This document shows positions 18,945-30,900 of a stretch of 64,000 bases of DNA, one piece after another. The DNA is taken from the NCBI GenBank assembly GCA_965216565.1, contig OZ244170.1:1696001-1760000 (forward strand), in the 5' to 3' direction. Position numbers and translations under genes: made by a program. Every line of letters starts with the position of its first letter. Positions within the stretch are counted from its first letter, which is position 1. Source of the DNA: Bythopirellula sp. (GTDB lineage Bacteria > Planctomycetota > Planctomycetia > Pirellulales > Lacipirellulaceae). A model generated the notes under the pieces. The model had not been told where the DNA came from and made no database searches. It saw only the letters and a program-made list of their open reading frames with translations.

Positions 18945-21900
18945 CTAACGCCAGATTCCGGGAACCCAACCTTTGATGCGGTCGGTGAACCCAGGGCTCG
19001 ATTCTTCTGTGGCTTGCTCGTCGGCGGGCGTCTCGGCAGATTCTTCTGATGCGGTGTGCCTAGCCAGATTGGGGGCCGCAGCCGCTGCGGAAGGGACGTA
19101 TTCGAGCAGATAACGAGCCCAATAGTCATCCAGTAGTCTCCGGCAGTCAACAATTTTGCCGTCCTCAAGCGCAGTTCGTGCCGCGTAGATCTGTTTTACC
19201 AGCGCCCCACGCCGAGCGTTGTCGAACTTCAAATCGGAGAGTTCGACATCATCGATGAAGAGACGACCTTGCCCAACCAAATGGACAACAATTCGCAATT
19301 CTCCCTCGTCGTCCAGGGGAACATCGTCCACGGGGAATTCGAATCGCGACCATTCGGAATTGCTAATTTGCTCGACAGGAATTTGTGCATATTGCTGGTA
19401 ACTCGATTCCTCGCGAGCGTCCTGCAATGCGATGTAGACTTTCGTCTCAGGAGCGATCTCTTGAACCTGCATGTGGAGCGCCAGCGCGATCTGCCCTGTT
19501 TCGGGCATTGGAAAAGGATGACTTTCCACGGCTACATTCGATCCGGGAACACTTTCTATTGCCAGGGAGTGTTCACCCGTATGCGCTGTCTCAGAGTGAA
19601 GTCTCATCGATTGCGGCAAGCCAGACCGTAATTGCCAACCAAAGACGGTTTCGTCAGATTCTAGGAGCTCGAATCCTGGGTTGTGCAATTGATTGTAGGG
19701 GCGTTGAATCTCAAGATTCCTAGCTCGCGATTCGATTTCGTCAATCGAGTGCTGCAACTCATTTTTTGCAATATCAGACGACTCGACAATTGGCTCGTCG
19801 ATTCGAATCTGACCGTCCTGGAAGGTCCACGCTTGAACATCGTAAGGACGTAAAGAAATCTCCCACGTATGGTCTCCGGCAGAAAGTTGGCCAACGCTAT
19901 CCAGGCTCGGTTCTTGGCCGTTCGTGCTGTTGCTATCTAAAACCGACCATTCAGTCTCAGCCCCTGAGTGTATTGGAAGCTGAAGGCTCACCGACCAGGG
20001 CGATTCGTTTGCCAGCAAAACCGTTGTTGTCTCTGCCAAGCGGTAGGTTTTCAAAAGCACAGGTTGGCTCTGCGTACTGCGAACTTTCGCACCTGCTCCG
20101 GGTAGTTTCTTCAGAATAGAAAACACCCGGCGAAGGCCATCGTGATGGCCGAATGGTTGGGAAGGTCCTCCGAAAACGAAAGACTGAATTTCGCCTCGCG
20201 CAAGCTCCGAGACAATCTGCTTCCGCAGGGCGTCTTCACTCGGTAAAGAGAGACTCTCCAAAGAGAGGTAACTGCGGTCCGCCCCAAAAGGGCTCTTGGC
20301 GTCGAAGGACGTCAATCGTAGCCGTTGTGGCAGAGTGTGAACCAGAGCCCCATTGTTGAGATTGGCAGGGACCAGTTCACCCTTCACCGCTGCAACGTTT
20401 TGCCGCAGATCGAGTGCCTGCCGATGCAGTTGCGAGGACGAACCCAAGCGATAGGGATTTAAGACGGTAATCTGTTCGTTTTGCTCAAGCTCAGCTAGGT
20501 TTAATCCGTGGTCAGCCAATATTTCACCAAGCTGGGCAGGTTCGGAAAGCGACTCGCGGAGGCGTTGGCGTTGACTCTCCCCCGCAAACAATTCTTCGGT
20601 CGTAAGCAATAGCTTGAGATCTGAGCGTTGCGACTGCAGTGCAGTGGCAGTCTGGCTGTAGAGCTTTGTGATACGCCCGTTTCGCCACTGTTTCCATTGC
20701 TCCAGATTAGGACCAACCAAGCTACGCGCTCGCTGGATATAGCGATCTTCCCCACTTCCTGGGAGGGTGATGCCCGTTTCTGCCTCGAAGAGGCCAATCG
20801 TTTGATCGTCGAGTCCCCAAGTCAATCCCGGCAAAGTGGCGTACCCACGTCCAGATAGTTGGACGCCAACAGCGCGAAATGAACTATGCCGCTGATAGCG
20901 TTGTCCGATTTCGGCAATCACGTTGACAATAGCCTGCTGCACTTGCGGATCGAGGGGATTGTAATAGGCACCCAAACCGTCGCTAGTCTCGTGATGCTGT
21001 TGCCAGGAAAGCCCCGCGTGGTTGATCAATTCGATCCCAACAGTTTCCGGAGCGGAACTCTGCTTGGCAGATTCTAGCTCGGGGAGCGGTGTCGCAAGTT
21101 GAACCACAGGCACTAGCTGTAAGCCTTCTCGATCGAACACTCGCATTAGCAGTTCCAGCACATCCTTTCGAACAGGATCTTGCGCGGCGGTGGCTTGCAA
21201 TCCGGTATCGTACTTGGGGGACGATTTCAGTACGCGGCTCGGATACAGCGTGCTCCCGTCAGCCGCGACTGTGACGAGCGCTCCGTTTTGGCCGCAGAGT
21301 TTCAGGTATTGTGCATAACGATTTGCTGCGTTGAGAAATGTCTTCCAGCCGTCGACACTTAGACCACTCTTAGGGTCGAGAATCTCAGCGGCACCGAATT
21401 GTTCAGATAATGTCGGGCGCGCTAGGTAACTAGCAATCAACCGATCTTGGGTCGAATTCTTGTCTGCATCGCTAGCTACAGAAGACTGATTGCCATGTTG
21501 CAGGAGCCGCAACTTGCCAAATTGGGCTGGCAAGCTCTCGTGTCGATTGACCAACAAGAGTTGTGGCGAATCGCTTTTCGGCCAAAAAACGATTCGATGA
21601 ACCGAAGTCTGCCCGTCGACCTGTGATTGTTGCTGCACAGAAAATAGGCCCGAATCGACGTTAGGTTTCGTCACTCGGCCAGCTGCGTCAGGCTCGACTA
21701 TGCTAATCGACAAGTGTTGTTCCGCCCCGGTAGGAATCTCAATTTCAATCAAATGCGGCTGTCCAAGTTCTTTCACTGGGAGCGTGTAGGACTGCCAATA
21801 GGGCTCCGCCGCATTTCCCTGGGGCGGCAATTCCAGAAGTTCGCCAGCTGGGAAGGGACGAACCACCGGTCGAACGTTGCCGATCGACCCGGCGGGCTTA

Positions 21901-22904
21901 CCACTCAAACGCGATACCTGGGCCCAAGCCGGCAATCTTTGCCACCAACTTGGGTTTGCTGGATTGATCGAAAGTACTGGCTGCCATTGGTCGACGAGTT
22001 CCGGCAACTTGGCAGCCGGGTCGATGACAACGAACTCCACCTCTCGGCTTGCAAACACTTCAGCTTGTTGCCAAGGGACGAATCGGTTGGCAAATCCATC
22101 CTGAGATCGCGCCTGGATTGAAACCCGATAAACGTTTTCAACTATCGGGCAATTGATGTCGAACGCCAACTCCCGATTGACTCCGTTTTTGACGAGCTGG
22201 CTTGCCTGCCACAGAACTGTATCGTCGTCGTACGCATGCAGCTTCAAGTCCAATAATACGGGGCCGTTGCGTACTTCTGCTGCCAAGTCGGGCTGCAGGC
22301 GGAGCGTCCAGTTTTCACCAGGCGAAAACACCAGGCTGTCAATGGGTGGAATCACGCGGAGCTTATCACCGGGACTTCGGTGCGCTAGGAAGAAACTGCC
22401 AAACTCGTCTAAGCGTTTGGAGACTTGTCCCGAAAGAACTTCGCTCAGGGCAACCTCAATTTCCCGCGACTCAGGCGACTGTTCTGAGCGAAGCAAGATC
22501 CGCAAGCGAGCGTCTGGCAATGCACGGACCGTGACGTCGCAACCGTCGAAGCTCCGTTTTACTAAAGGTGCTATGACAAGGCCTGACGATTCGAGTCTCA
22601 ATGCCGCGGCTTCGTCTGCCTCAATGCCCAACGGCTGCAAGTCACTGAGCTGACCGCCTGTGCATGAGACCCGTCCCGTCCAACGCTGGAGAGTGTCGCT
22701 GCCACTTCCCCAGGCCAGTCGGAGTCTTACTGTGACTTCATCCGCATTGGCTGCTACAACGTGGGATGGTCTGCAGAATAAAAGAAATAGAATCGTACCC
22801 GCGCAACACAACATCCAACGTAGGCTCCGGTTTTCACCGGCGCACGTCGGCCTGAAGCGAACTCGTCGCCACACTATCGGACTTCCTTGTCCGACCATGC
22901 TCAC
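18945..22904 (-). CDS. Large secreted protein with glycoside-hydrolase-like (GHL10-type) barrel and C-terminal CBM-like domain
   Basis: TLYPSRVL...DVLELLMRVFDREGL...YYNPLDPQVQ..RYQRHSSF; NPGFE...HTGEHSL...LFIDDV C-terminal domain. Confidence 0.7.
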   Translation of the reverse strand: MSMVGQGSPIVWRRVRFRPTCAGENRSLRWMLCCAGTILFLLFCRPSHVVAANADEVTVRLRLAWGSGSDTLQRWTGRVSCTGGQLSDLQPLGIEADEAAALRLESSGLVIAPLVKRSFDGCDVTVRALPDARLRILLRSEQSPESREIEVALSEVLSGQVSKRLDEFGSFFLAHRSPGDKLRVIPPIDSLVFSPGENWTLRLQPDLAAEVRNGPVLLDLKLHAYDDDTVLWQASQLVKNGVNRELAFDINCPIVENVYRVSIQARSQDGFANRFVPWQQAEVFASREVEFVVIDPAAKLPELVDQWQPVLSINPANPSWWQRLPAWAQVSRLSGKPAGSIGNVRPVVRPFPAGELLELPPQGNAAEPYWQSYTLPVKELGQPHLIEIEIPTGAEQHLSISIVEPDAAGRVTKPNVDSGLFSVQQQSQVDGQTSVHRIVFWPKSDSPQLLLVNRHESLPAQFGKLRLLQHGNQSSVASDADKNSTQDRLIASYLARPTLSEQFGAAEILDPKSGLSVDGWKTFLNAANRYAQYLKLCGQNGALVTVAADGSTLYPSRVLKSSPKYDTGLQATAAQDPVRKDVLELLMRVFDREGLQLVPVVQLATPLPELESAKQSSAPETVGIELINHAGLSWQQHHETSDGLGAYYNPLDPQVQQAIVNVIAEIGQRYQRHSSFRAVGVQLSGRGYATLPGLTWGLDDQTIGLFEAETGITLPGSGEDRYIQRARSLVGPNLEQWKQWRNGRITKLYSQTATALQSQRSDLKLLLTTEELFAGESQRQRLRESLSEPAQLGEILADHGLNLAELEQNEQITVLNPYRLGSSSQLHRQALDLRQNVAAVKGELVPANLNNGALVHTLPQRLRLTSFDAKSPFGADRSYLSLESLSLPSEDALRKQIVSELARGEIQSFVFGGPSQPFGHHDGLRRVFSILKKLPGAGAKVRSTQSQPVLLKTYRLAETTTVLLANESPWSVSLQLPIHSGAETEWSVLDSNSTNGQEPSLDSVGQLSAGDHTWEISLRPYDVQAWTFQDGQIRIDEPIVESSDIAKNELQHSIDEIESRARNLEIQRPYNQLHNPGFELLESDETVFGWQLRSGLPQSMRLHSETAHTGEHSLAIESVPGSNVAVESHPFPMPETGQIALALHMQVQEIAPETKVYIALQDAREESSYQQYAQIPVEQISNSEWSRFEFPVDDVPLDDEGELRIVVHLVGQGRLFIDDVELSDLKFDNARRGALVKQIYAARTALEDGKIVDCRRLLDDYWARYLLEYVPSAAAAAPNLARHTASEESAETPADEQATEESSPGFTDRIKGWVPGIWR

Positions 22905-23074
22905 GCTTTGGAGTTTAGGGTCTACACTTGGACTGTTGCCCGTGGAAGAAACTACGACCGCCTCAATGCAATCGCCTTTGCCGAATGGCGAAACACGGGC
23001 TCCAAGTGGGGGCGGAATTCTAGGAAACGCTGAGAAATGCTACCAGGGCAGCTCACCCGACAATGCTAGCAAGC

Positions 23075-23536
23075 TCACTGCTGGTCGCCGCTACCGTTAT
23101 TAGTCTCTGAGATAGCCTGTTGCGTCCAAAAACGCTGCATTTGCATGTAAATGAACGATGCCGACCAGGCAATCATAATTAGCCCTGTTAGCGTTTCGAT
23201 AGCAGTCATCAACCGCAAGTTTTCAGTCGGTGTGATATCTCCAAAGCCCAATGATGTGTATACGACAAAGGAAAAATACCAATAGTCGCTCACATCGCTA
23301 CTCATATTTCCCTGCAAATTCCCATAGTCGCCGCCACTCAGCAGCCCATAGCCTAGTGAGAACAGAGAAACTTCTAACACATGGGCGAAGATGAGCACCA
23401 AGATACTGAAGCCCACCCAGCGACGCGTATGGAAATCTCGCTTCATCAGAAACAGCGAGAGATTCGTCAGGAAAAAGTAGTGAACACCTACTGTCACTAA
23501 AGTTAGAAAACAGGCAGTAATGAGTACGACAGGCAT
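23075..23536 (-). CDS. Potassium channel family protein (ion_trans_2)
   Basis: YFSFVVYTSLGFGDITP pore motif flanked by TM helices. Confidence 0.9.
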   Translation of the reverse strand: MPVVLITACFLTLVTVGVHYFFLTNLSLFLMKRDFHTRRWVGFSILVLIFAHVLEVSLFSLGYGLLSGGDYGNLQGNMSSDVSDYWYFSFVVYTSLGFGDITPTENLRLMTAIETLTGLIMIAWSASFIYMQMQRFWTQQAISETNNGSGDQQ

Positions 23537-23552
23537 GCCAGATTATAGCTAG

Positions 23553-24197
23553 TCAGTTGGCGGTTCGCATCACAAGATTCACAGATCCAGCGCGAGATTG
23601 ATAGCAACAAGAAGGGACGAAATAGCCAACTTCGCCCGCGGGAATATACCGCCCAGCGAAGATTTGCCATCGATCACCATGCGTGTGCAATACCGCCTTG
23701 CGGTTTCTTCCGTGCCATTCCCACCGCTTGCCCGTGGCGAGGTCGAATACTCTGAGCCCCGACTTCGATTGCAAAAGCGTCCAGTTTCCCTCGGCATCGA
23801 GTTTCACCGAGGGCGTGTCACCGGTGATTGCCAACGACTCCCGCAATCCTGGGGCTCCCCGTTCGAGAATCTGACGTTGCATTTCTTCTGAAATGCGCAA
23901 GTCCAACATCTCGGTCGGCAAGATGGTTCCCTCACCAAAGGCATATCGAAATCTACCCTCGGGCAAAGCAATCCCCCAAACTCTTTTCCCTAGCTGGGGA
24001 TGATAATAGTTATAAGCCATCCCCGGCCGAACCTGCTCGGGCGGCACGAGCTCCAGGGCTACTTTTTCCAAACTAGGTTGCACTCGGTACACATCTTTTC
24101 GCCCTAAGGTCTCAGACTCTTGGGCTTGACTTTGAACACTGACGAAAACGACTAGTAAGGCACTACATAACGCAGACAATATCCGAGGGCAGTTCAT
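23553..24197 (-). CDS. Secreted hypothetical protein
   Basis: Signal peptide ending SQA-QE; start set at MNCPR. Confidence 0.65.
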   Translation of the reverse strand: MNCPRILSALCSALLVVFVSVQSQAQESETLGRKDVYRVQPSLEKVALELVPPEQVRPGMAYNYYHPQLGKRVWGIALPEGRFRYAFGEGTILPTEMLDLRISEEMQRQILERGAPGLRESLAITGDTPSVKLDAEGNWTLLQSKSGLRVFDLATGKRWEWHGRNRKAVLHTHGDRWQIFAGRYIPAGEVGYFVPSCCYQSRAGSVNLVMRTAN

Positions 24198-24347
24198 CTT
24201 GGGATTCCTAAGCTGTAGCGAGAGCAAAATGTTTGTTTATCGAAAGAAGCGGGACGCGAACACCGGTCACAGAAACTAGTATAGTTGCGAATAATCCCGG
24301 GACGACGAAGTGACACGCGGATTCAAGCAAGGCAATTCATCAAACCC

Positions 24348-24422
24348 TAGCCACAAAAACCCCAAACAGCCCAGGAGCAAGCTAACAAGCTCTCGTGTGT
24401 GTTCTTGTGCCTTTCATGGTTA
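24348..24422. repeat. Degenerate inverted-repeat remnant (agccacaaaa...ttgtgcctttcatggtta)
   Basis: Imperfect inverted repeat in the intergenic region. Confidence 0.35.
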
Positions 24423-24673
24423 CCTAATAGATCATGGCTACCTAATAGAAAGAGAAGCCTTACGCTAGAAACGGCCCCTCTTGGACCTAATGCTACCCCG
24501 ATTCTGGATCTTGAGTGACAGAAGTGCGTCACCCTAACTTGGATTGATCCCCACAATCGTCAGCTACGACCCAACACAACCAGCCACCTTGCTGCCGCTA
24601 AAAGTTACTGTACATTATTATACCTGCACAGCCTCACCCGAAAACTCATCCCTCCATCGGCGTTTCAAGCACC

Positions 24674-26881
24674 ATGTCTGCGGTTTCAGAAGACCAAGCC
24701 ACGCAAGGCATTCGAGTCTCGATCGACAACGTTCGCGAAGCGATTCGCAGCCACTGGGGTTACGACTCTTTCCGTCCGCTGCAGCGGGAATCGATCGAGA
24801 GCATTCTAGCAGGTCGCGATTCCGTGGTGGTGCTGCCCACTGGCGGAGGGAAAAGTTTGTGTTTTCAAGCGCCCGCTTGTTGCCTGGATGGTGTGGCGGT
24901 GGTCGTTTCTCCATTGATTGCGTTGATGAAGGACCAAGTGGACGCACTTCGCGAGAATGGTATTTCGGCCGCGGCATTCAATAGCACGCTTTCCTGGAAC
25001 GAAAAAAAGGAAGTGGCCGACGAAATCCGGGCCGGGCGGCTAAAGTTGCTTTACCTCGCACCAGAAACACTGCTTACCGACGAGGTTTTGTCTCTGCTGC
25101 AGTGCGTGCAAGTCTCGATGTTCGCGATTGACGAAGCCCACTGCATTAGTTCGTGGGGCCATGATTTCCGTCCTGAGTATCGAGCGCTGAAAGTGCTCAA
25201 GCAGCGTTTCCCAAACGCCTCTCGCCACGCCTACACGGCCACCGCTACGGAGCGCGTGCGCGAAGACATTGCTCTACAATTGGAGCTCGACCAACCCGAG
25301 TTCCATGTTGGAAACTTCGACCGACCCAATTTGATTTATCGAGTTGAGCGTCGGCAATCTGGAATGAATCAAACGCTCGCTGCCATTCGGCGTCACCCGA
25401 ACGAATCGGGCATTGTCTATTGCATTACTCGTAAAGAGGTCGAAAAAACAGCCGGAGCACTTCAGGCTCTGGGGTGCCGTGCTGCACCGTACCACGCCGG
25501 CATGGACAACGCAGCACGTCGCAAGAATCAAGAAGCGTTTCTAGCTGAACAAGTTGATATCATTGTTGCCACCGTGGCGTTTGGTATGGGGATCGATAAG
25601 TCGAATGTTCGATACGTCATCCACACAGGCATGCCAAAATCGGTAGAGGCCTACCAGCAAGAGTCGGGGCGTGCGGGACGCGATGGGCTCGAGGCAGAAT
25701 GCTGCTTATTCTACTCGCCTGCCGATGTGATGAAGTGGAAACGGCTCATCCAAAACTCCGAAACTGGCTACGAGGAGGCGATGGCCGCACTGGATGGGAT
25801 CGACCGTTTCTGCACTTCACTTCGCTGCCGACATTCATTGTTACTCGAACATTTTGGCCAGCAGCTTGGCCACTCCGATTGCCAAGCTTGTGACGTCTGC
25901 CTGGAGGAGTTGGAAGAAGTCGCAGAGCCGCTAATCTTGGCCCAGAAAATTCTCTCTTGTGTCGCCCGACTCGAACAACAGTACGGGGCAGACTACACAT
26001 CCCTCGTGTTGGTTGGATCGAAAGAGAAACGGATTTTGGAAAAGGCTCACGATCAGCTCAGCACTTACGGCTTGCTCTCCGAGCACTCGCATCGCGCGGT
26101 CCGAGACTGGACCGAGCAGCTTGTCAGCCAGGATTATCTTGCCAAGTACGGCGAATACAACCAGCTGCAGATTACCGAATCGGGACGAGAGGTATTGCGA
26201 GGTGAACAATCCCCGCGACTCCTCAAGCCGGCTGTGGAGTCGAGCAAGTCGTCACGCAAGACCAAGCAAGTCTCTTGGGAAGGCGTCGACCAGGAACTCT
26301 TCGAAACACTGCGGGAGTTGCGAAAACAGCTGGCGACAGAAAAAGGGGTCCCTGCCTATGTGGTGTTCGGCGACACGACACTTCGCGATTTGGCCCGGTA
26401 CAGACCGTCCACCGAATCCGGCTTTCTCCAAACACACGGCGTGGGACAGAAAAAATGGTCCGAGTACGGCCCGCAGTTTCTTCAGGCGATTGCCGAGTAT
26501 TGCGAGCGTGCGGGCCTTGATGTCGATGTTCAGCCCGTTGAATCCGACCGCTCACAAAGTGTCGACCCTCCCGACTCGCCAACCCTCAACGCTTCGTCTG
26601 TTGCCGCTTTTCCGTTGTTTCAACAATCGCTCTCCATTGCTGACGTTGCCGAACAATTAGGTCGCGCCGAGTCGACGATTCGAGGCTACCTGCAGCAATA
26701 TCTCAGCCACGAAGGGATCACCGACCCTTCGCCCTGGGTCGACAGGAAGACAGCCACGCGAGTCCGCGAGGCCATTGAGACCGTGGGCAATCAACGGCTC
26801 AAGCCGATCTTTGAACACCTTGATGGCGAGGTGGCTTACGAGGAAATTCGAATCGTAGCGACCTGCTTGGCCAACCTTTAG
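24674..26881 (+). CDS. recQ: ATP-dependent DNA helicase RecQ
   Basis: PTGGGKSLC, DEAHCISSWGHDFRP, QESGRAGRDG, Zn/RQC region, HRDC domain (PAYVVFGDTTL) and C-terminal HTH. Confidence 0.97.
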   Translation: MSAVSEDQATQGIRVSIDNVREAIRSHWGYDSFRPLQRESIESILAGRDSVVVLPTGGGKSLCFQAPACCLDGVAVVVSPLIALMKDQVDALRENGISAAAFNSTLSWNEKKEVADEIRAGRLKLLYLAPETLLTDEVLSLLQCVQVSMFAIDEAHCISSWGHDFRPEYRALKVLKQRFPNASRHAYTATATERVREDIALQLELDQPEFHVGNFDRPNLIYRVERRQSGMNQTLAAIRRHPNESGIVYCITRKEVEKTAGALQALGCRAAPYHAGMDNAARRKNQEAFLAEQVDIIVATVAFGMGIDKSNVRYVIHTGMPKSVEAYQQESGRAGRDGLEAECCLFYSPADVMKWKRLIQNSETGYEEAMAALDGIDRFCTSLRCRHSLLLEHFGQQLGHSDCQACDVCLEELEEVAEPLILAQKILSCVARLEQQYGADYTSLVLVGSKEKRILEKAHDQLSTYGLLSEHSHRAVRDWTEQLVSQDYLAKYGEYNQLQITESGREVLRGEQSPRLLKPAVESSKSSRKTKQVSWEGVDQELFETLRELRKQLATEKGVPAYVVFGDTTLRDLARYRPSTESGFLQTHGVGQKKWSEYGPQFLQAIAEYCERAGLDVDVQPVESDRSQSVDPPDSPTLNASSVAAFPLFQQSLSIADVAEQLGRAESTIRGYLQQYLSHEGITDPSPWVDRKTATRVREAIETVGNQRLKPIFEHLDGEVAYEEIRIVATCLANL

Positions 26882-26909
26882 CAGGTTGACCAAGCATTCT
26901 AACCGAGCG

Positions 26910-27671
26910 CTAGGCCAACTTCTTACGCCGAAGTGCAACAGCCGTCAAAGATAAAACGGCAAGGGCAAATGTGTTGGGCTCTGGGACGATCTGCACGTCC
27001 ATCGCCACGGTTTCAACGCCAAATCCTGCACGGCTCACCTGAATGGCGAAGTTGTACTCACCGGTATCATCGGGATCGAAGGATCCAGCAGGTGGGCTGA
27101 TCAGACCAGGGATTGGAGTGGCAAGAAAGCCAAACATCAGGTTCTCGGAACCTTCCACTAACGTGGCATTGGGATCAGCTGATAGCAGGATACCATTTGT
27201 GACATTGATGGATCCTAGCGAACCGAGCGGGGTGTCGAAGCCGGTATCGAAGTCATAATAGAGATCGATTTGGTAATCGGTGAGCTTTGGAGCCGCTCCG
27301 TTGGAGCCTTCCACTTTCATGTAGTAATTGAAATTCCACAGTGCACCTTCAGTGGTACTTTCACCTGCTCCACCAAAATTGCTGCCGGTGGTAGCGAAGT
27401 AAGTTCCCGCACCGTTGTTCGTTACCACTGGATTCGAAAAACGCTGGGTGGCACTCATGGCAACGGTGATTTCGTTATCGCCGTCGACAAACTGCGAAGA
27501 TATTGCGACTTCTGTGGTAGGGATGCCGGTCCCTCCAAAGGTGGCGCCGTCTAGCGGGCCGAATGTGTCATAAATCGGAGTGGCATGCGAAGAGGTAATT
27601 GCCAGAAGAGAAAATGATATGGCAAAGAGAGCGTAGATCGCGAAACGAGCAACTTTTCTGCACTGAGTCAT
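26910..27671 (-). CDS. PEP-CTERM sorting domain protein
   Basis: Signal peptide; C-terminal VPEPNTFALAVLSLTAVALRRKKLA. Confidence 0.92.
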   Translation of the reverse strand: MTQCRKVARFAIYALFAISFSLLAITSSHATPIYDTFGPLDGATFGGTGIPTTEVAISSQFVDGDNEITVAMSATQRFSNPVVTNNGAGTYFATTGSNFGGAGESTTEGALWNFNYYMKVEGSNGAAPKLTDYQIDLYYDFDTGFDTPLGSLGSINVTNGILLSADPNATLVEGSENLMFGFLATPIPGLISPPAGSFDPDDTGEYNFAIQVSRAGFGVETVAMDVQIVPEPNTFALAVLSLTAVALRRKKLA

Positions 27672-27953
27672 TAGCCTGTCCTTCTTGTTCTCTAACTAAG
27701 TCAAAATGATAAATTAGTTCAAAAGGAAAGGATCACTCTGACTCTTTCCCCCAACCTTAGTAATCTTCGCTGCATGTTAGTCGCTCCTAGGCGCATACGT
27801 CCAGCAAGTCGTCAGCAGAGGGTGACTCCAGCTGGTAATTGCGCAGGCTAATATCGCATTTGCACAGATTCGACCATTCGACCGGCGCACGAGAAGATCT
27901 ACTTGCGTGAAACCACCATTAGCGAACTCCACTGCTGATAGCTAGAAGGCGGC

Positions 27954-30900
27954 CTAAACAGATCCATTCTTGCCAGCTGAGGTCTGCTTAGCCGGAGCCG
28001 GGGCAAACCACTCGCTGATCGAGCGGAACACGACGAAGAACGTCGGCACAAACATCAGTGAGAATAGCGTGGCAGCGCACATGCCGCCCACTACGGAATT
28101 ACCCACCGCCTGACGGCTAGCCGAGCCAGCGCCGCTGGCCACCAACAGTGGCAAGAAACCTAGGATCGACGAGAACGCAGTCATCAAGATGGCACGGAAT
28201 CGCATTTTGGCGGCTTGCTGGGCCGACTCGCGAATTCCCAATCCTGAACGGCGCTGCTCGGAGGCAAATTCGACAATCAGAATCGCATTCTTACTGGCCA
28301 AGGCCACGAGTAACACAATCCCAATTTGCGTATACACATTGTTATCCGCGCCGCGAACGAGCAGAGCGATCACGACGCCCAGCACCGCCAGTGGAACCAC
28401 AGAAATCACCGCGGCCGGGCTCGTCCAGCTCTCGTATTGAGCGGCCAACACTAAAAACACAAAGACGACCGCCAAACCGAAAATGAGTGCCTGGCCCCCC
28501 GTGGCTTCCTTCTCTTGATACGACATGCCCGTCCATTTGTAACCAACCGAGGGCGGCAATTTCTGCGCAGCCATGCCTTCCATCATCGCCATGGCTTGAC
28601 CCGAACTATAACCGGGAGCCGGCTGGCCATTGATTTGTGCCGACGGATAGAGCAGGTACCGCTGAATTACCTGCGGGCCGAAATCTTCTTCTATATCGAC
28701 AAAGGTACCAATCGGCACCATCTCGCCCCGCTTGTTTCTAACTCGCAGACGATCGATATCGCTGGGCTCTTTGCGGAATTCGTTATCGGCTTGAATTCGC
28801 ACTTGGTACACCCGGCCCAACTTGTTGAAGTCGTTCACATAAGTAGAACCAAGAAACGATTGCAGGGTATTGAATACTGAACTGAGAGGAACATCCAGTG
28901 TTTTGACCTTCGTACGATTCACATCGACAAACAGCTGGGGCACGTTGGCACGAATCGTCGTATTCAGGCCGACCAGACCCGTCTGTGCGTTGCCGTCGGC
29001 GACCATTTCGTTGGCGATCGTCTGCAACTCAGACAGGCCGATACCACCCTGATCTTGGAGTTGCATTTGAAAACCGCCCGCAGAACCTAGCCCATCGATG
29101 GGTGGCGGGACAAACGCAAACACATATCCATCCTGCACTTTGCTGAATTCCCGACGCAAGTGGGCAACGATAGCATCCTGGGAAAGTTCGGGATCGGTCC
29201 TGTCTTCCCAGGGCTCATAGATGATTGCCATCAGCCCCAGGTTGCCCCCGTTGTTACCGCTTAGCAGGGAGAAACCAACGATAGAGACCCAGTCGGCAAC
29301 GCCAGGAGTATCTTTCACGATTTTGTCGAGCTGTTCCATCACTTCGACAGTCCGACTTTGGGATGCGGCATCGGGAAGTTGGATATTGGCAAAGCAATAG
29401 CCCTGATCTTCCGAGGGAAGAAACCCGGTGGGAATTTGCATATAACCCAAAGCGGTCAGGCCAATGAGACCGGCGAACAGAAGCAACACCAATGCCACAC
29501 GCCGCACAAACCCGCCGATGACGAAACTGTAGACACCAGTGACTTTGTCGAAAACCCGGTTGAACGCGCGAAAGAAGATGTTCTTTTTGCCTTCTAGTTT
29601 CCGCATGAATATGGCACAGAGCGCTGGACTCAGGGTCAGCGCGTTGATAGTGCTGAGCAGCACGGCGGCAGAAATTGTCAGCGCAAATTGGCGGTAGAGT
29701 TGCCCTGTGATGCCACCCATGAACGCGGTGGGTACAAAGACCGCCAACAGCACAAGCGTGGTGGCAATCACCGGACCTGTGATTTCTTCCATGGCCTTTT
29801 CAGCGGCCTCACGGGGAGCAAAACCTTCGCCCAGATAGCGGTCTGTATTTTCGACCACGACGATTGCATCGTCGACAACGATTCCGATTGCCAGCACTAC
29901 ACCGAATAGCGTTAGGGTGTTGATCGAAAATCCTAACAATCCCATAACCGCAAATGTACCGATGAGGGCTACCGGAATAGCGGCACAGGGAACAATCGTG
30001 GCTCGCCAGTCTTGCAAGAAGATGTAGATCACCACAACCACCAAGATGACTGCAATCAACAACGTCTCAAACACTTCGCTGATCGACGCGTCGACAAACT
30101 TAGTCGTATCAAAGGGGATATCGTATTTCAGCCCTTCGGGAAAACCTTGCTCCAGATCCGAGAGCGTCTGCCCAATCTTATCGGCAACTTCCAAGGCATT
30201 GGCACCCGGCAGCTGATAGATTCCAAGCGTGGCGCAGGGTTGCCCCTTGAAGGTCGAGCGGAATTTGTAATCCTTCGCACCCAGCTCAACGCGGGCCACA
30301 TCCTTCACGCGCGTGATCCGCTGACCGGAGGTCTTGATGATCAGGTTCTCAAACTGCTCGACATCACTAAGCCGGCCCAAGGTATTGATGACTAGCTCGA
30401 AATCGGCCTTTGCCGGTGGCTCTCCTAGTCGACCCGCCGCCACCTGCACATTTTGCTCGCTGATCGCAGCGACAACATCCTCGGTCGTTAAGTTCCGAGC
30501 CTTAAGCAGGTTGGGATTCAGCCACACACGCATGCTGTAGTCGGCGGCTCCAAACACTGTCACTGAACCGACGCCTCGAATTCGACTCAGTTCGTCTTTA
30601 ATCGACCGTGTTGCAAAGTTGCCCAAGAAAAGCGAATCGTGGCTGGGATTGCTAGAGGTGAACGCAATAAATTGAATGATGCTAGTCGATTGTTTCTTAG
30701 TCGTCACACCCTGTCGACGCACCTCTTCAGGAAGCTTCGCCTCGGCGATCGCGACCCGATTTTGAACGAGCACGGTTGCCATATCCATGTCGACGCCAAT
30801 TTCGAACGTCACGGTCAAGACGTAACTTCCGTCGTCGGAACTCACCGAGGACATGTAGATCATGTCCTCGACCCCGTTCACTTCCTGCTCGATAGGTGCG

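Noticed and set aside
25959..26660. Long alternative-frame or antisense ORFs (also 30639-31349, 41081-41734, 43859-44560, 45339-46013)
   Set aside because: Shadows of well-supported genes in GC-rich coding sequence.
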